Assembly (NCBI RefSeq): GCF_006345805.1 | Contig: NC_043014.1 | Location: 37,758,001-37,822,000 of the forward strand | Length of the DNA stretch: 64,000 nt | Source: Octopus sinensis | Taxonomy: Eukaryota | Direction of reading: 5' to 3' | In this document: positions 13,114 through 23,582 of the stretch, one piece after another | How positions within the stretch are numbered: the first letter of the stretch is position 1 | Layout: every line of letters begins with the position of its first letter | Notes under the pieces: model-generated | What the model saw: only the letters and a program-made list of their open reading frames with translations | Database searches by the model: none | What the model was told of the DNA's origin: nothing | Position numbers and translations under genes: made by a program

Positions 13114-15559
13114 CACTACACTCTTGGAGTGGTTGACGTTAGGAAGGCATCAAGCTGTAGAAACCATGTCAGATCAGATTGGAGCTTGGTGCAGCCTCTC
13201 GGCTCGCCAGTTCTCGGTCAAACCATCCAGTCCATGCCAGCATGGAAAGCGGATGTTAACCGATAATGAGGAGGAGGAGGATGATCACAGGTGTAAACTG
13301 AGTTACGACAGGTGATTAGTTAATATGTCTTTCTGTGAAAGTAACTCTGATTGCTGACGCAAACTAACTAAAAGTACACTACTTGAGAGGAACTTAAAAT
13401 AGCAACACGGCTGTGTTCCGACGATTAGCTTAATTCTTCAAATAAAAGAACATTCAGCATTCTTGAACAATACGTTGCCAGATATTAAAAGTACTGCTCA
13501 CATTTCAGGAATTGAGTGTCTGCTTTACATATACATTTGCACCCAAGCTGACATTCCTATCAACCATACAAAATAGTTTATAGCACACATGCGCTCACTC
13601 GTCGCATGCACACACACACACATTTACATCCATCGTTCAACACAAAAATACAACTTTCTGACTGTTAATAAATGCTTCACCTGTGTAAATAAATACTTTT
13701 GTCAAAACTTCTGGCAGTCACACACATACACACACACATGCACACACACACACACACACACACATCCACACGTTCTTTAAGGTGCTCAGCAGGCTTTGGT
13801 CTGCCTGGGACTACAGTAGAAGATATGCTTAGAGCTATTTCGTCTGCCGTTCCGTTCTGAGTTCAAATTCCGCCGAGGTCGACTTTGCCCTTCATTCTTT
13901 CGGGGTCGATAAATTAAGTATCAGTTACGCACTGGGGTCGATATAATCGACTTAATCCGTCTATCTGTCCTTGTTTGTCTCCTCTGTGTTTAGCTCCTTG
14001 TGGGTAGTAAAGAAATAGAAATAGGTATTTCGTCTGTCTTTATGTTCTGAGTTCAAATTTCGCCGAAGCCGACTTGGCCTTTCACCCCCCCCCCCCACCA
14101 ATATCTGTATTTTATATACAGATATACTGACATCAACATACATGCTCACCACACTCGCATATGATATTATTATTATTATTCTTTAAAACAGTTTGATTCG
14201 GTTTTATAGGACTTAAAGTTTCGCAGGCTTCTAGCACGAACCCGGCTCACGAACTGGATCTCTGTTAGAAGCCAATTTAAGTCGCATGGACCTGAATCAA
14301 TCTGTCTTAAATAATAATGATAATCTTGAGTGCCTTTTCCTTTCGTTTGTCCACTTACTCGTGTGTTATATTATATAACAGACGTTAAGTATAAGCGGTT
14401 GTTGTCGTTGTTGTTTGTTCCTTCTTGAGCCATGCTCACCACACTCGCATATGAGCCATGCCTGGCTGAGCCTGGTTGAGCCTTCTTGAGCCATGCCTGG
14501 TTCAGAAGGGCCGGTTTCCCGGTTTCATTGGCATATAGGTTCCTCACCCGGACGGGACACTGGTCCGTCGCAGGTGAGCTGCTAGATGCAGGAGGAAAGA
14601 ATGAGATAAACCTGTTGTGAAGGGGTCAGCAGAAGTTTGCCACTGCCTTCTGCCGGAACCGCGTGGAGCTTAGGTGTTTCGCTCATAAATACACACATAG
14701 CCCGATCTGAGATTCGAACCTGCGATCCCTTGACCGCGAGTCCGCTGCTCAAACCACTAAGCCATGTGCCTCCACAGTATATGCAGTTGATAATGTTTAT
14801 TACACTTGTGCTGCTTCTATTTCATATTTGAATTTATTCTGACGTATGCATTGTCAGGGTACACCCACACATGGTTTGCACATCATGAGCATACATGTCG
14901 TGGACTGGCGATATGATTCATCTCCAATCCTGTTTGGGCACATGCTGTTGACAAGCCACAAAAATGGTGAAGCATCAATATATATATATATCTATTATAT
15001 AAAATCCGTTCTGTTTGTCTGTGTGTGCGTCTTCTAGGATCTCGGGCATCCTCCATCCAATCGCGCTCAAATTTGATATTTAGATACCGACGGTATCAGG
15101 GCGCGTATAAGTCTTGAAAAAATTACAAAAATCGATTCCAGGTGAGAATGCGATCAATAAAGCCGTGGGAACGTGCATTTGTACGCGTAAGTACACCAAC
15201 TGTTGCGATCGATACTACGCGTACGCGAGAAAAATGCACGTGCAGTTTGCGCAAAAAAAGCCGACTGGCTTGAAATAATGCCACAAAATGCAGTATATTT
15301 AAGAGACCTAGAAAGTAAGATGCAGAAGAGATATTTTCTTCAAACTTGGCATGAAGGAAGGAAAGACTATTTGGTTTCTCAAGAAGTTTTTTTTTTTTGC
15401 CTTAACTTCATTTAACAAAACCAAGATTAAATCAGTGTTTCTCAAAGGGGAGGCATTTGGGACGGTCGGACAAGTCGTTTTGAGAAAATTTGGTTTAAAT
15501 GTTTGACAACTCAGCATCGTCCATTGGACGAGGGGCGTTTTGCTCGTGTATATATATAC

Positions 15560-15597
<38 letters not shown>

Positions 15598-15944
15598 CAA
15601 TAATAAAGGGTGAAATCAATTAATTAATTTAGAAATAATCATTAATTTCACCAAGTAGAGTTCGACATGTAAAAAACCCATTCAAGGAAGGTTTAAGTAA
15701 TACTAATTAATTAAGGGTTCAGCAACGATTTGCCTCACCACACACCGAATTTAGAAATAGCAGTCAAAAAGTTTTGGCTATTCTTTCTACTTAAAAGGGA
15801 GATCCCAGTAAGACCAAAGCACTTAAAAAAACATATATATGTTAATATCAAAGGGTAATTAGAAATATATGAAATTTTCATTACCAGTGGTCTAGAGTGT
15901 AAAAAATTTAGTCAATAGACTATATATTATTCATATAAATACAT

Positions 15945-16424
15945 CGTGCATTTAAACACATATGAGGTATCCATCATAGGATTACTTGCACGCTAGAAAG
16001 GACAGTTAAATTCCAAACCACTATTAGGGATAAAGTTTCGAAGGTAATGAAAAATTAAACATTTATCATCTAACTCCTGGATAAATTTCGAATCAAAAAG
16101 CCGACATTTTATTTACTGCTGACAAGGAGCTGCGCTTGCGCGGTAGATTTGAAAAATTAGAATGTATAAGCATGGGGCATATATTAGATTGCCTCGTGTA
16201 TATATATTTAATCTAAGGTGTACCTGCTGAAGAAGATTTCGCCTCGCAAATTATTTCATTTGCTAAGAAAAGTTTGAAACCATTGGTCCAGGAGTTAGAT
16301 GGTAAATGTTTTTATTTTTCATTTCCTTCGAAACTTTATCCCTAATAGTAGTTTGGAATTTAACTGTCCTTTCTAGCGTGGAAGGAATCCTATGATGGAT
16401 ACCTCTTATATGTTTAAATGTACA
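15945..16424. repeat. Inverted repeat with about 135-bp arms around an HHR-containing spacer
   Basis: 15945-16081 is the reverse complement of 16287-16424. Confidence 0.9.
16223..16292 (+). ncRNA. Type I hammerhead ribozyme, long stem II, GUC cleavage after 16288
   Basis: CCUG-CUGAAGA-[AGAUUU..GCAAA/UUUGC..AAGUUU]-GAAA-CC-AUU-GG-UC/CAGG: all three stems pair and the core is intact. Confidence 0.8.
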
Positions 16425-17010
16425 CTGTATATATATATATATTTCGTCTGTTTTTACGTTCTGAGTTCAAATTCCGCCGAGGTTGACTTTGCCTTTCATC
16501 CTTTCGGGTCCGATAAATTAAGTACCAGTTACGCACTGGGGTCGATGTAATCGACTTAATCCCTTTGTCTGTCCTTGTTTGTCCCCTCTTTGTTTAACTC
16601 CTTGTGGGCAATAAAGAAATAAGAAACGATGCGTGGTTGAGAAACACCCTTTCTGAAAACTGACATAAATATCTGCTGAGGCTCACGTGGTGACACTCTC
16701 TATCATTGAGGCCCATATAATGATTTTTTGGGGGGCCACGCAAGCAAAATAGTAAATTGGGGACCCACAATAGAATATTAAGGGTCCATATAAATTGTTT
16801 GCTTAAGATGTGTTTATTGAAAGAAACAGTAAGGTTTCTTTCTCTGACGTTTTATATAGTTCAAATGAATGTGTGATAAACAACAATTTTGAGAGGAATA
16901 TCAATAAGATTAATTTTTAAACATCGACTGAAGAGGGCAGTTATCTCTTCCTCCTCCTCCTCAAAAATTCTCATTCTGATATGCCAAAATCATAGAGTAC
17001 CACATCTAGA

Positions 17011-17398
17011 AGTGCTGCTGCTGCTGCCGCTACTACTGCTGCTGCTGCCGCTACTACTACTGCTGCTGCTGCCGCTACTACTGCGGCTGCTGCTGCTACT
17101 ACTACTGCTGCTGCTGCCGCTACTGCTGCTGCTGCTGCCGCTACTACTACTGCTGCTGCCGCTGCTACTACTGCTGCTGCTGCTGCCGCTACTACTGCTG
17201 CTGCTGCCGCTACTACTGCTGCTGCTGCTGCCGCCACTACTACTGCTGCTGCTGCCGCTACTACTACTGCTGCTGCCGCTACTACTACTGCTGCTGCTGC
17301 CGCTACTGCTGCTGCTGCTGCCGCTACTACTACTACTGCTGCTGCCACTACTACTGCTGCTGCTGCTGCTACTACTACTACTACTACTACTACTACTA
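17011..17398. repeat. Compound (GCT/GCC/ACT)n triplet repeat
   Basis: About 390 bp of in-register triplets ending about 35 nt before the 17434 exon. Confidence 0.95.
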
Positions 17399-17433
17399 AG
17401 TTTTCATCTTTTTCTCCCACCATATCTTTCCAG

Positions 17434-17487
17434 GTGCCGATGAAGAAATACGGAAATGTGCTGAACGTCCTTATTGCAGAAAGTTGG
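17434..17487 (+). CDS. TSR protein, 54-nt exon completing TSR4 (GADEEIRKCAERPYCRKL)
   Basis: Strong acceptor tttctcccaccatatctttccag and G|gtaaga donor; phase 1-1; supplies the E..C....C end missing from the 9314 exon. Not in the ORF track. Confidence 0.82.
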
Positions 17488-18725
17488 GTAAGAACTAGAG
17501 CCCCCACCATTCTAACTAAAATATTCTAACTAAAAGTTTGTGTCATCATAGAGAATACAGTGAGTGTTAAAAAGCTAATTAGAAATAACCTTGTGGTGAG
17601 GAAAATACAATATTGATTAATAACTAATATTTCTAAAATTCATTCTGCTAAGTGTGGGAGATAACTCCCAGCATGTTCCAGTTTTTGATATACCTGGTGT
17701 TAATAATGTGGTTCATTGACAGAATCATTAGCTCGTTAGGCAAAATGATTGGCAGCATTTCACCCATCTTTATGTTCTGAGTTAAAATTCTTCCAACGTC
17801 GACTTTGCCTTTCATCCTTTTGGGATCGATAAAATGTGGAGTACTGGTGTAAATATATAATCGACTAAACCACTTCACCAAAATTTCAGTCCTTGTGCCT
17901 ATAGTAGAAAGGAATGTAAATGGTGTTAATGAAGTGATGACCTTGCAGAACAGTTTGCATGCCAGGCTTTATGTTCTGAGTTCGAATTCCGCTGAGGTCG
18001 ACTTTGCCTTTTACCCTTTCGGGGTTGAGAAATTGAGTACCAGTTATGTACTGGAGTTGATGTGATTGCTTGTTCCTCCTCCCCACAAAAATCCGGGCCT
18101 TGTGCGTATAGTAGAAAGGATTATGATTATCATTAATATTATTGCCAAGGCGGTGAGCTGGCAGAAACGTTAGCATGCTGGGCGAAATGCTAAGTGGCAT
18201 TTTGTCTGTTCAAATTCCTCCAAAGTCACCTTTGCCTTTCATTCTTTCAAGGTCGATAAAATAAGTACCTATTTCTTTATTACCCACAAGGGGCTAAACA
18301 TAGAGGGGACAAACAAGGACAGACATAGGTACTATGTTGATTACATCGACCCCAGTGCGTAACTGGTACTTAATTTATCGACCCCCGAAAGGATGAAAGG
18401 CAAAGTCGACCTCGGCGGAATTTGAACTCACAATGTAACAGCAGACGAAGTATCGCAAAGCATTTCACCCGGTGTGCTAATGCTTCTGCTAGCTCGCCGA
18501 TAAAATAAGTACCATTTAAGCACTGATGTGGCTGGGAGGCAAACAGTCATGCCAACAAACATAAAATCAATGAGGGCCTAAATAATACTTACAAAATTAT
18601 GATGGTGGATAGTAAGATCATTAGAATGATAATCCCTCACAGCCTTTTATCACTGTAACGCCAAAAGCCTTTATCAAAAAAGATTATATAATTATTAATG
18701 TATATATATTAATGTACTTTTTCAG

Positions 18726-18814
18726 TTTCCATTCATAAAACAACAACAATTAGAACAACAGAACTTACTGAACAATATCTTATAGAATCAACGTTGCATA
18801 ACCTAACAACTATG
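18726..18814 (+). CDS. TSR protein, Thr-rich stalk exon (VSIHKTTTIRTTELTEQYLIESTLHNLTTM)
   Basis: tttttcag acceptor, ATG|gtaagt donor; 89 nt, phase 1-0; mucin-like composition with an NLT sequon. Confidence 0.7.
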
Positions 18815-19507
18815 GTAAGTCCATTTCTATAGTTCTATAAGCTCTTTCCATTTCTACCTGTTTTCAAGCAACTTAATCCTAAAATTTTTCTTCAAAATTT
18901 TTCATTTTTACACATTAAACATGTAATCCATTTGTTCATTTCATGTCCATTTCTTTTCATGCTAACATTGGTTGGACGTAGACATATTTTCAAACAAAGA
19001 ACCGTCTCACTCTGTCTTTTTTCCATCTTAAACAAAGCATCAACCCAATACATTCACTGTGTATGCTCTTTTGACTTTTTAAAAAATAAATTTTGATTTG
19101 CTTATATATATCTATATCTGAGATCCCCTTCGGTCACGACACTGACCATAGGATTGCACCTAGAAAGTTACCCTCTGCGGCACAAGTCCGGGCAAGGTTG
19201 TTTATGGAAGACCAGCAGTCACCCATGTACATGGCTGTTCGCACACAGGCATCATACAGTCTACCGTTCACTCTAAGCGAGAGGCCCTCTGTTACCAGCA
19301 GAAGTAGGAGATCTGTGAACTTTGCCTAACCGATTCTTATTCTACGCTCTCTCAGCATCCATCAACTACAGCTGAGTAAACTGGAGCAACGTGAAATAAA
19401 GTGTCCTGCTCAAGAACAAAACACGCAGCGCGGTCCGGGATTCGAACTCACAACCTCATGGTTGTAAGTTTGGCACTCTAACCACTGAGCTATGTGCCTT
19501 CACTTTG

Positions 19508-19549
<42 letters not shown>

Positions 19550-19627
19550 ATCCATATATATATCATCATCATCATATATATATATTATATATATATATAT
19601 ATATAGTTAATCCATATATATATCATC

Positions 19628-19666
<39 letters not shown>

Positions 19667-19697
19667 TATATATAGTTAATCCATATATATCATCATA

Positions 19698-19730
<33 letters not shown>

Positions 19731-19878
19731 GTTAATCCATATATATCATCATCATCATATATATATATATATAATATATATATATATAGTTAATCCAAAC
19801 ATGAAAACACAACAATGCAAGGATGTGGAACAAGTATAGTGTTATTGGACGCTCAGGAAAGGAAAGAAAGAAGGAGGA

Positions 19879-19912
19879 TTTAATGTTTTGAGCGGAGCTC
19901 TTCGTCAGAAAC
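19879..19912 (-). ncRNA. Degenerate minimal hammerhead (CUGACGA intact, G12A)
   Basis: UUU-CUGACGA-A-GAGC-UCC-GCUC-AAAA-CAU-U/AAA; a further-decayed sister copy lies at about 32407-32442 (-). Confidence 0.45.
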
Positions 19913-20288
19913 ATAGGAAAAGGAAAAATCCAAGGAAGGAAAAAAAATCGCCAACGATACACACGCAGTCACATATTGAATATATATATATATATATATT
20001 GTTATATTTCAGAATGGTCATTTTGCCAGTTTAGCCAATAAAAACACACGCACTATATTTGCTAAACTGGCAAAATGACCATTCCAAAATATAACAATAT
20101 CTGTTTCAACACACGACTTCACATAAAAAATCTTGCACAACAAATATTTATATATATATATTATATTAAATTAGAGACAAAACCACTATTAGGCAAGTCA
20201 AACAATGAAAAACTTAAGCCAATACATATGATTAATTTATATTATTTAAATATATAACAAAATTATTAAAAAAATATAATTAATATCA

Positions 20289-20352
20289 CACTACGATCGT
20301 TTCATGCCGGCTAACATCTTCAAATTTTTGAGTCGCAGTCATTCATCAGGTG
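20289..20352 (-). ncRNA. Type I hammerhead ribozyme, palindromic stem III, GUA cleavage
   Basis: CAC-CUGAUGA-AUG...UCAAA/UUUGA...CAU-GAAA-CGAUCGU-A/GUG; stem III region ACGAUCGU is palindromic; stem I is only 3 bp. Confidence 0.7.
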
Positions 20353-20571
20353 GTTTAAATATTTTTCTTGGCGAGGTTTATATAAATTATTAGTGATGGA
20401 AGCAGTATTAGTACCAAGAGGCAATCTTTACCACCAGCTTAGTGTGGATGTCTTGTTAGAACTCTGAATACTGTGTTATTCATCATCATCATCATCATCA
20501 TCATTATTATTATTATTATTATTATTATATTATTATTATTATTATTATTGTTATTATCTTTATTATTACAG

Positions 20572-20655
20572 TGGCCTAAGACTAGCACTGAACAAGTTTC
20601 TACTCTGAATATTTCACTCATACCATAAACAAAAGTGATCTTTATTTGAAAATGG
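20572..20655 (+). pseudogene. Probable stalk exon of the TSR gene carrying a 1-nt frameshift (or a terminal exon ending ...LNISLIP*)
   Basis: ttacag acceptor and G|gttagt donor. The phase-0 frame reads WPKTSTEQVSTLNISLIP*. Restoring 1 nt near 20616 gives ...NISTHTINKSDLYLKM ending in phase 1, matching the next exon. Confidence 0.55.
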
Positions 20656-21178
20656 GTTAGTATTTTTTTCTTTTATACAAATGCATGTGTATCATCATCG
20701 TCATCATCATCATTATCATCATGTCCTTGTCTACATTTCCATGTTTGCCTGGGTCAGTCAAAATTTGTTGAAGCAGATTTTCTATAGCTGGGTGTTCTTT
20801 TTTTTTTTTTTTAAACCCTCACCTATTTTCAAGCAAGGTGACATTTCTCTTAGTTCCTTTGGGCATGAAACAGTACAGTGACTGGATGTGCTTTTTATGG
20901 AAGATAGTTAACAAACCCCTCATGTGTAGCAGTGAATTTTATATGTATACCATCATTATCATTATCACCATCATGTTACATCCATGTTGCATGTTGGCAT
21001 GGTTGGACAGTTTGACAAGGATCTGATGAGTCAAAGATCTGTTTTCATGCTCTGATGTCTGCTTTGGCATGGTTTCTACCTCTTTTTGTGTGTACTGGTT
21101 GTTTTTTTTTTTCATGCTCCTGGCATTACTGCCGTTACTATGTAGCTCAGAAGACAACAAACCCAGGGAGGGAGGTGA

Positions 21179-21759
21179 TCTATATATATAAAACTCAACT
21201 TCTGTGTCTGTGTGTGTATCTGTGTGTATATCTGTGTGTGTGTCTGTGTGTTTAACTTCCCGGAACATCTCCTCCAAGCCAACAAATTGTAGAACCACCA
21301 AAAATGGGTCACTTAACCCTTTAGTGTTTAAACTGGCCAAATCCGGCCCAATATATTCTACATGTTTTATATTCAAACTGGCGATGTCTAGCCTCTCACA
21401 CCTAACCTACAATGCCATTCTAAAAATAAGTAATCACATCATTGAAACCTCAAGCTGTAAGATGATCCAGATAATTCAAAACAATTTGAGTGAAAAAGTA
21501 TTACATTTAACAGAGTAATCTGAACACTAAAGGGTTAAAGTTTAGGCGAATGAAAATTGAACTGCGCTATTTCTGTTCCGAAATTCAGCTCACAAGTGCA
21601 AAAATCGATAATGTGTTTGTTTAGGCCTTATCCCATGCATTGATTAGTGAACTTTACTCATTCAGCTGTTTGACGTGAACTGTGTTCACCACGCTTCAAG
21701 CATGCGTAAATTGCATGAAAAATAAAAAATCAAGATATAAAAACGGGCAATACTGCTAG
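21179..21759 (+). mobile_element. Non-autonomous Helitron-like element inside an exon
   Basis: 5' TC, 3' CTAG, inserted between host A and T with no TSD; its end (CGGGCAATACTGCTAG) matches the copy ending at 46820. Confidence 0.72.
21317..21534. mobile_element. piggyBac-type MITE nested in the Helitron
   Basis: TTAA flanks and 12-bp TIRs CCCTTTAGTGTT/AACACTAAAGGG; a related copy lies at about 39250-39456. Confidence 0.82.
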
Positions 21760-22010
21760 TATCTAATAAAGTTGGTTTAAGTTTTATGCCAAATGAACTC
21801 ATCTACACAACAACAACACCAATTATTGTTCAAGGTAAGTTCGCCAGACATAGAACTTAAACCTACTTTACTTAAACTTCTGAAACACCCATGGCTGCTA
21901 TATATATGTATATGTATCTATATCTGTCTGTTTGTCTGTCTGTCTGTCTCTCTCCCCCTCTCTCTCTCTCCCCCCTCTCTCTCTCCCCGTCTCTCTCTCT
22001 CTCCCTCCCT

Positions 22011-22079
<69 letters not shown>

Positions 22080-22156
22080 CAATTCATAAATAAGGGCAAA
22101 CGAAAAAATCTTCCATGGGTATGAGGAAGTATCTCATTTATTTCTTTTGCCACATG

Positions 22157-22214
22157 TATCACTGACGAAGGGAGGGCTGTTATAAGCTAACCCTGAAATC
22201 GGTCCGATATGGTA
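22157..22214 (+). ncRNA. Type I hammerhead ribozyme, AUA cleavage after 22209
   Basis: UAUCA-CUGACGA-AGGG..CCCU-GAAA-UCGGUCCGAU-A/UGGUA: intact core, 5-bp stem I with one G-U pair. Confidence 0.8.
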
Positions 22215-22610
22215 ATAATGGAATATTTTAGAAATTTCTGTCGACCTTTTTTCGAGTAGCGTGCAGATTGTGAAAAAATTAATGGTTAATGGACAATATG
22301 TCCAATTTTTCGGCATATTTGGCATTGAAAATGTTTTCGTTTGCCCTTATTTATAAATTGTTTATGAATTTAACCTTTAAAGGTATTTTTTTAATATGCT
22401 GGCCATTGATAAAATTTTTTTTGGGAAAAGAATTTTTTTCGAAAAAATTTTATCCTACATATATATATATATACTCTTTACTCTTTTACTTGTGTCAGTC
22501 ATTTGACTGTGGCCATGCTGGAGCACCACCTTTTGTCAAGCAAATCAACCCCAGGAATTATTCTTTGTAAGCCTAGTACTTCTTCTATTGGTCTCTTTTT
22601 GCCCAGTAAA

Positions 22611-22885
22611 AGTGTATATATAATATAGGCAAAGATATATATGGCTACTCTATGAAGTTACCCTGGGTTTCATATCCATAAAGTGCTTAGCTTTACAGCA
22701 TTTGTTCAGACCCTAGGCCTATGGCCTGTCTAGCAAGTTGCCACTCTAGAAAATGGAGGAAGAAAAGACTTCTAGACAGGCTATAGGCCTAGGGTCTGAA
22801 GGAATGCTGTAGAGCTAAGAGCTTTATGGATGTGAAACCCAGGGTAACTCCATAGACTGGCCACTTCTATCGTTATATATACACT
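22611..22885. repeat. Foldback/MITE-like inverted repeat, about 85-bp core arms
   Basis: TCTATGAAGTTACCCTGGG..CCTGTCTAG versus its reverse complement; 8 mismatches counted by eye; outer AGTGTATATATAA/TTATATATACACT pair. Confidence 0.9.
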
Positions 22886-22959
22886 CTACTTCTCTATAAC
22901 TCAGAGTGTGCTTTTTTTTTGAATTTATGATTTACTGGTTTGTTCACCATTTTTGTCAG

Positions 22960-23221
22960 TCTGTGGAGAAATAGCAAAATTTGCCCTGTTTATAATTATA
23001 TCATATGTTACATATTTATTATATCATACCTTGATACTGTGTGGACTAAGATCCCCGTTGACGAGCCACTTGTATTTATAGAGTGTTAAACACATTTGGT
23101 ATGCAAATTAGGGACCTCTTCATAGAGCAGCTGCTGCATTTGTTGAGTATATAAACAGTTTGGTTGCCTGTTTCTCTGGAGACTGTCACAATGATGTAGA
23201 CATCTCTGATAAGAACCTTGG
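22960..23221 (+). other. Candidate downstream exon of the TSR gene with a TM-like stretch and two in-frame TAG codons
   Basis: ttttgtcag acceptor (phase 1) and GG|gtaagt donor; frame VCGEIAKFALFIIISYVTYLLY...YL*SVKHIWYAN*GPLHRAAAAFVEYINSLVACFSGDCHNDVDISDKNL. Confidence 0.3.
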
Positions 23222-23323
23222 GTAAGTGTCCTCTTCTATAGCCTCGATATATATATGCATGTTCACGTGCAAGTAATGAGATAAAAACCAAGGCTGTGTA
23301 GATTTTAGAACATTTATAAATAG

Positions 23324-23371
23324 GTCTTACAGCTGTTTCTAGGATATTTATTATATTCCTTCATCAGAGAC
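23324..23371 (-). ncRNA. Type I hammerhead ribozyme, palindromic stem III, GUA cleavage
   Basis: GUCU-CUGAUGA-AGGA..UCCU-A-GAAA-CAGCUGU-A/AGAC. Confidence 0.78.
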
Positions 23372-23582
23372 GGTGTGAGAAGATCATCATCATCATCATT
23401 TAATGTCCGTTTTTCATGCTTGTATAGGTTGGACGGTTCGACCAGGGTCTTGGGAAGCCAGGAGGCTGTGCCAGGCTCCAGTCTGATCTGGCAGTGTTTC
23501 TACAGCTGGATGCCAACCATTCCGTGAGTGTATGGTTAAGCAAATATCTAAATTATCTGTTGCTTAACCATCTTCTCACACT

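Larger units (their letters stand above)
21146..21834 (+). pseudogene. Thr-rich exon of the TSR gene split by a Helitron (coding parts 21146-21178 and 21760-21834)
   Basis: tgtag acceptor and G|gtaagt donor. Removing 21179-21759 gives a 108-nt phase 1-1 open exon, AQKTTNPGREVISNKVGLSFMPNELIYTTTTPIIVQ. Confidence 0.65.

Noticed and set aside
16889-17510. Poly-Leu (+) and poly-Val/Ala (-) ORFs of 184 and 179 aa
   Set aside because: These are readings of the GCT/ACT triplet repeat; the real exon is 17434-17487 in another frame.
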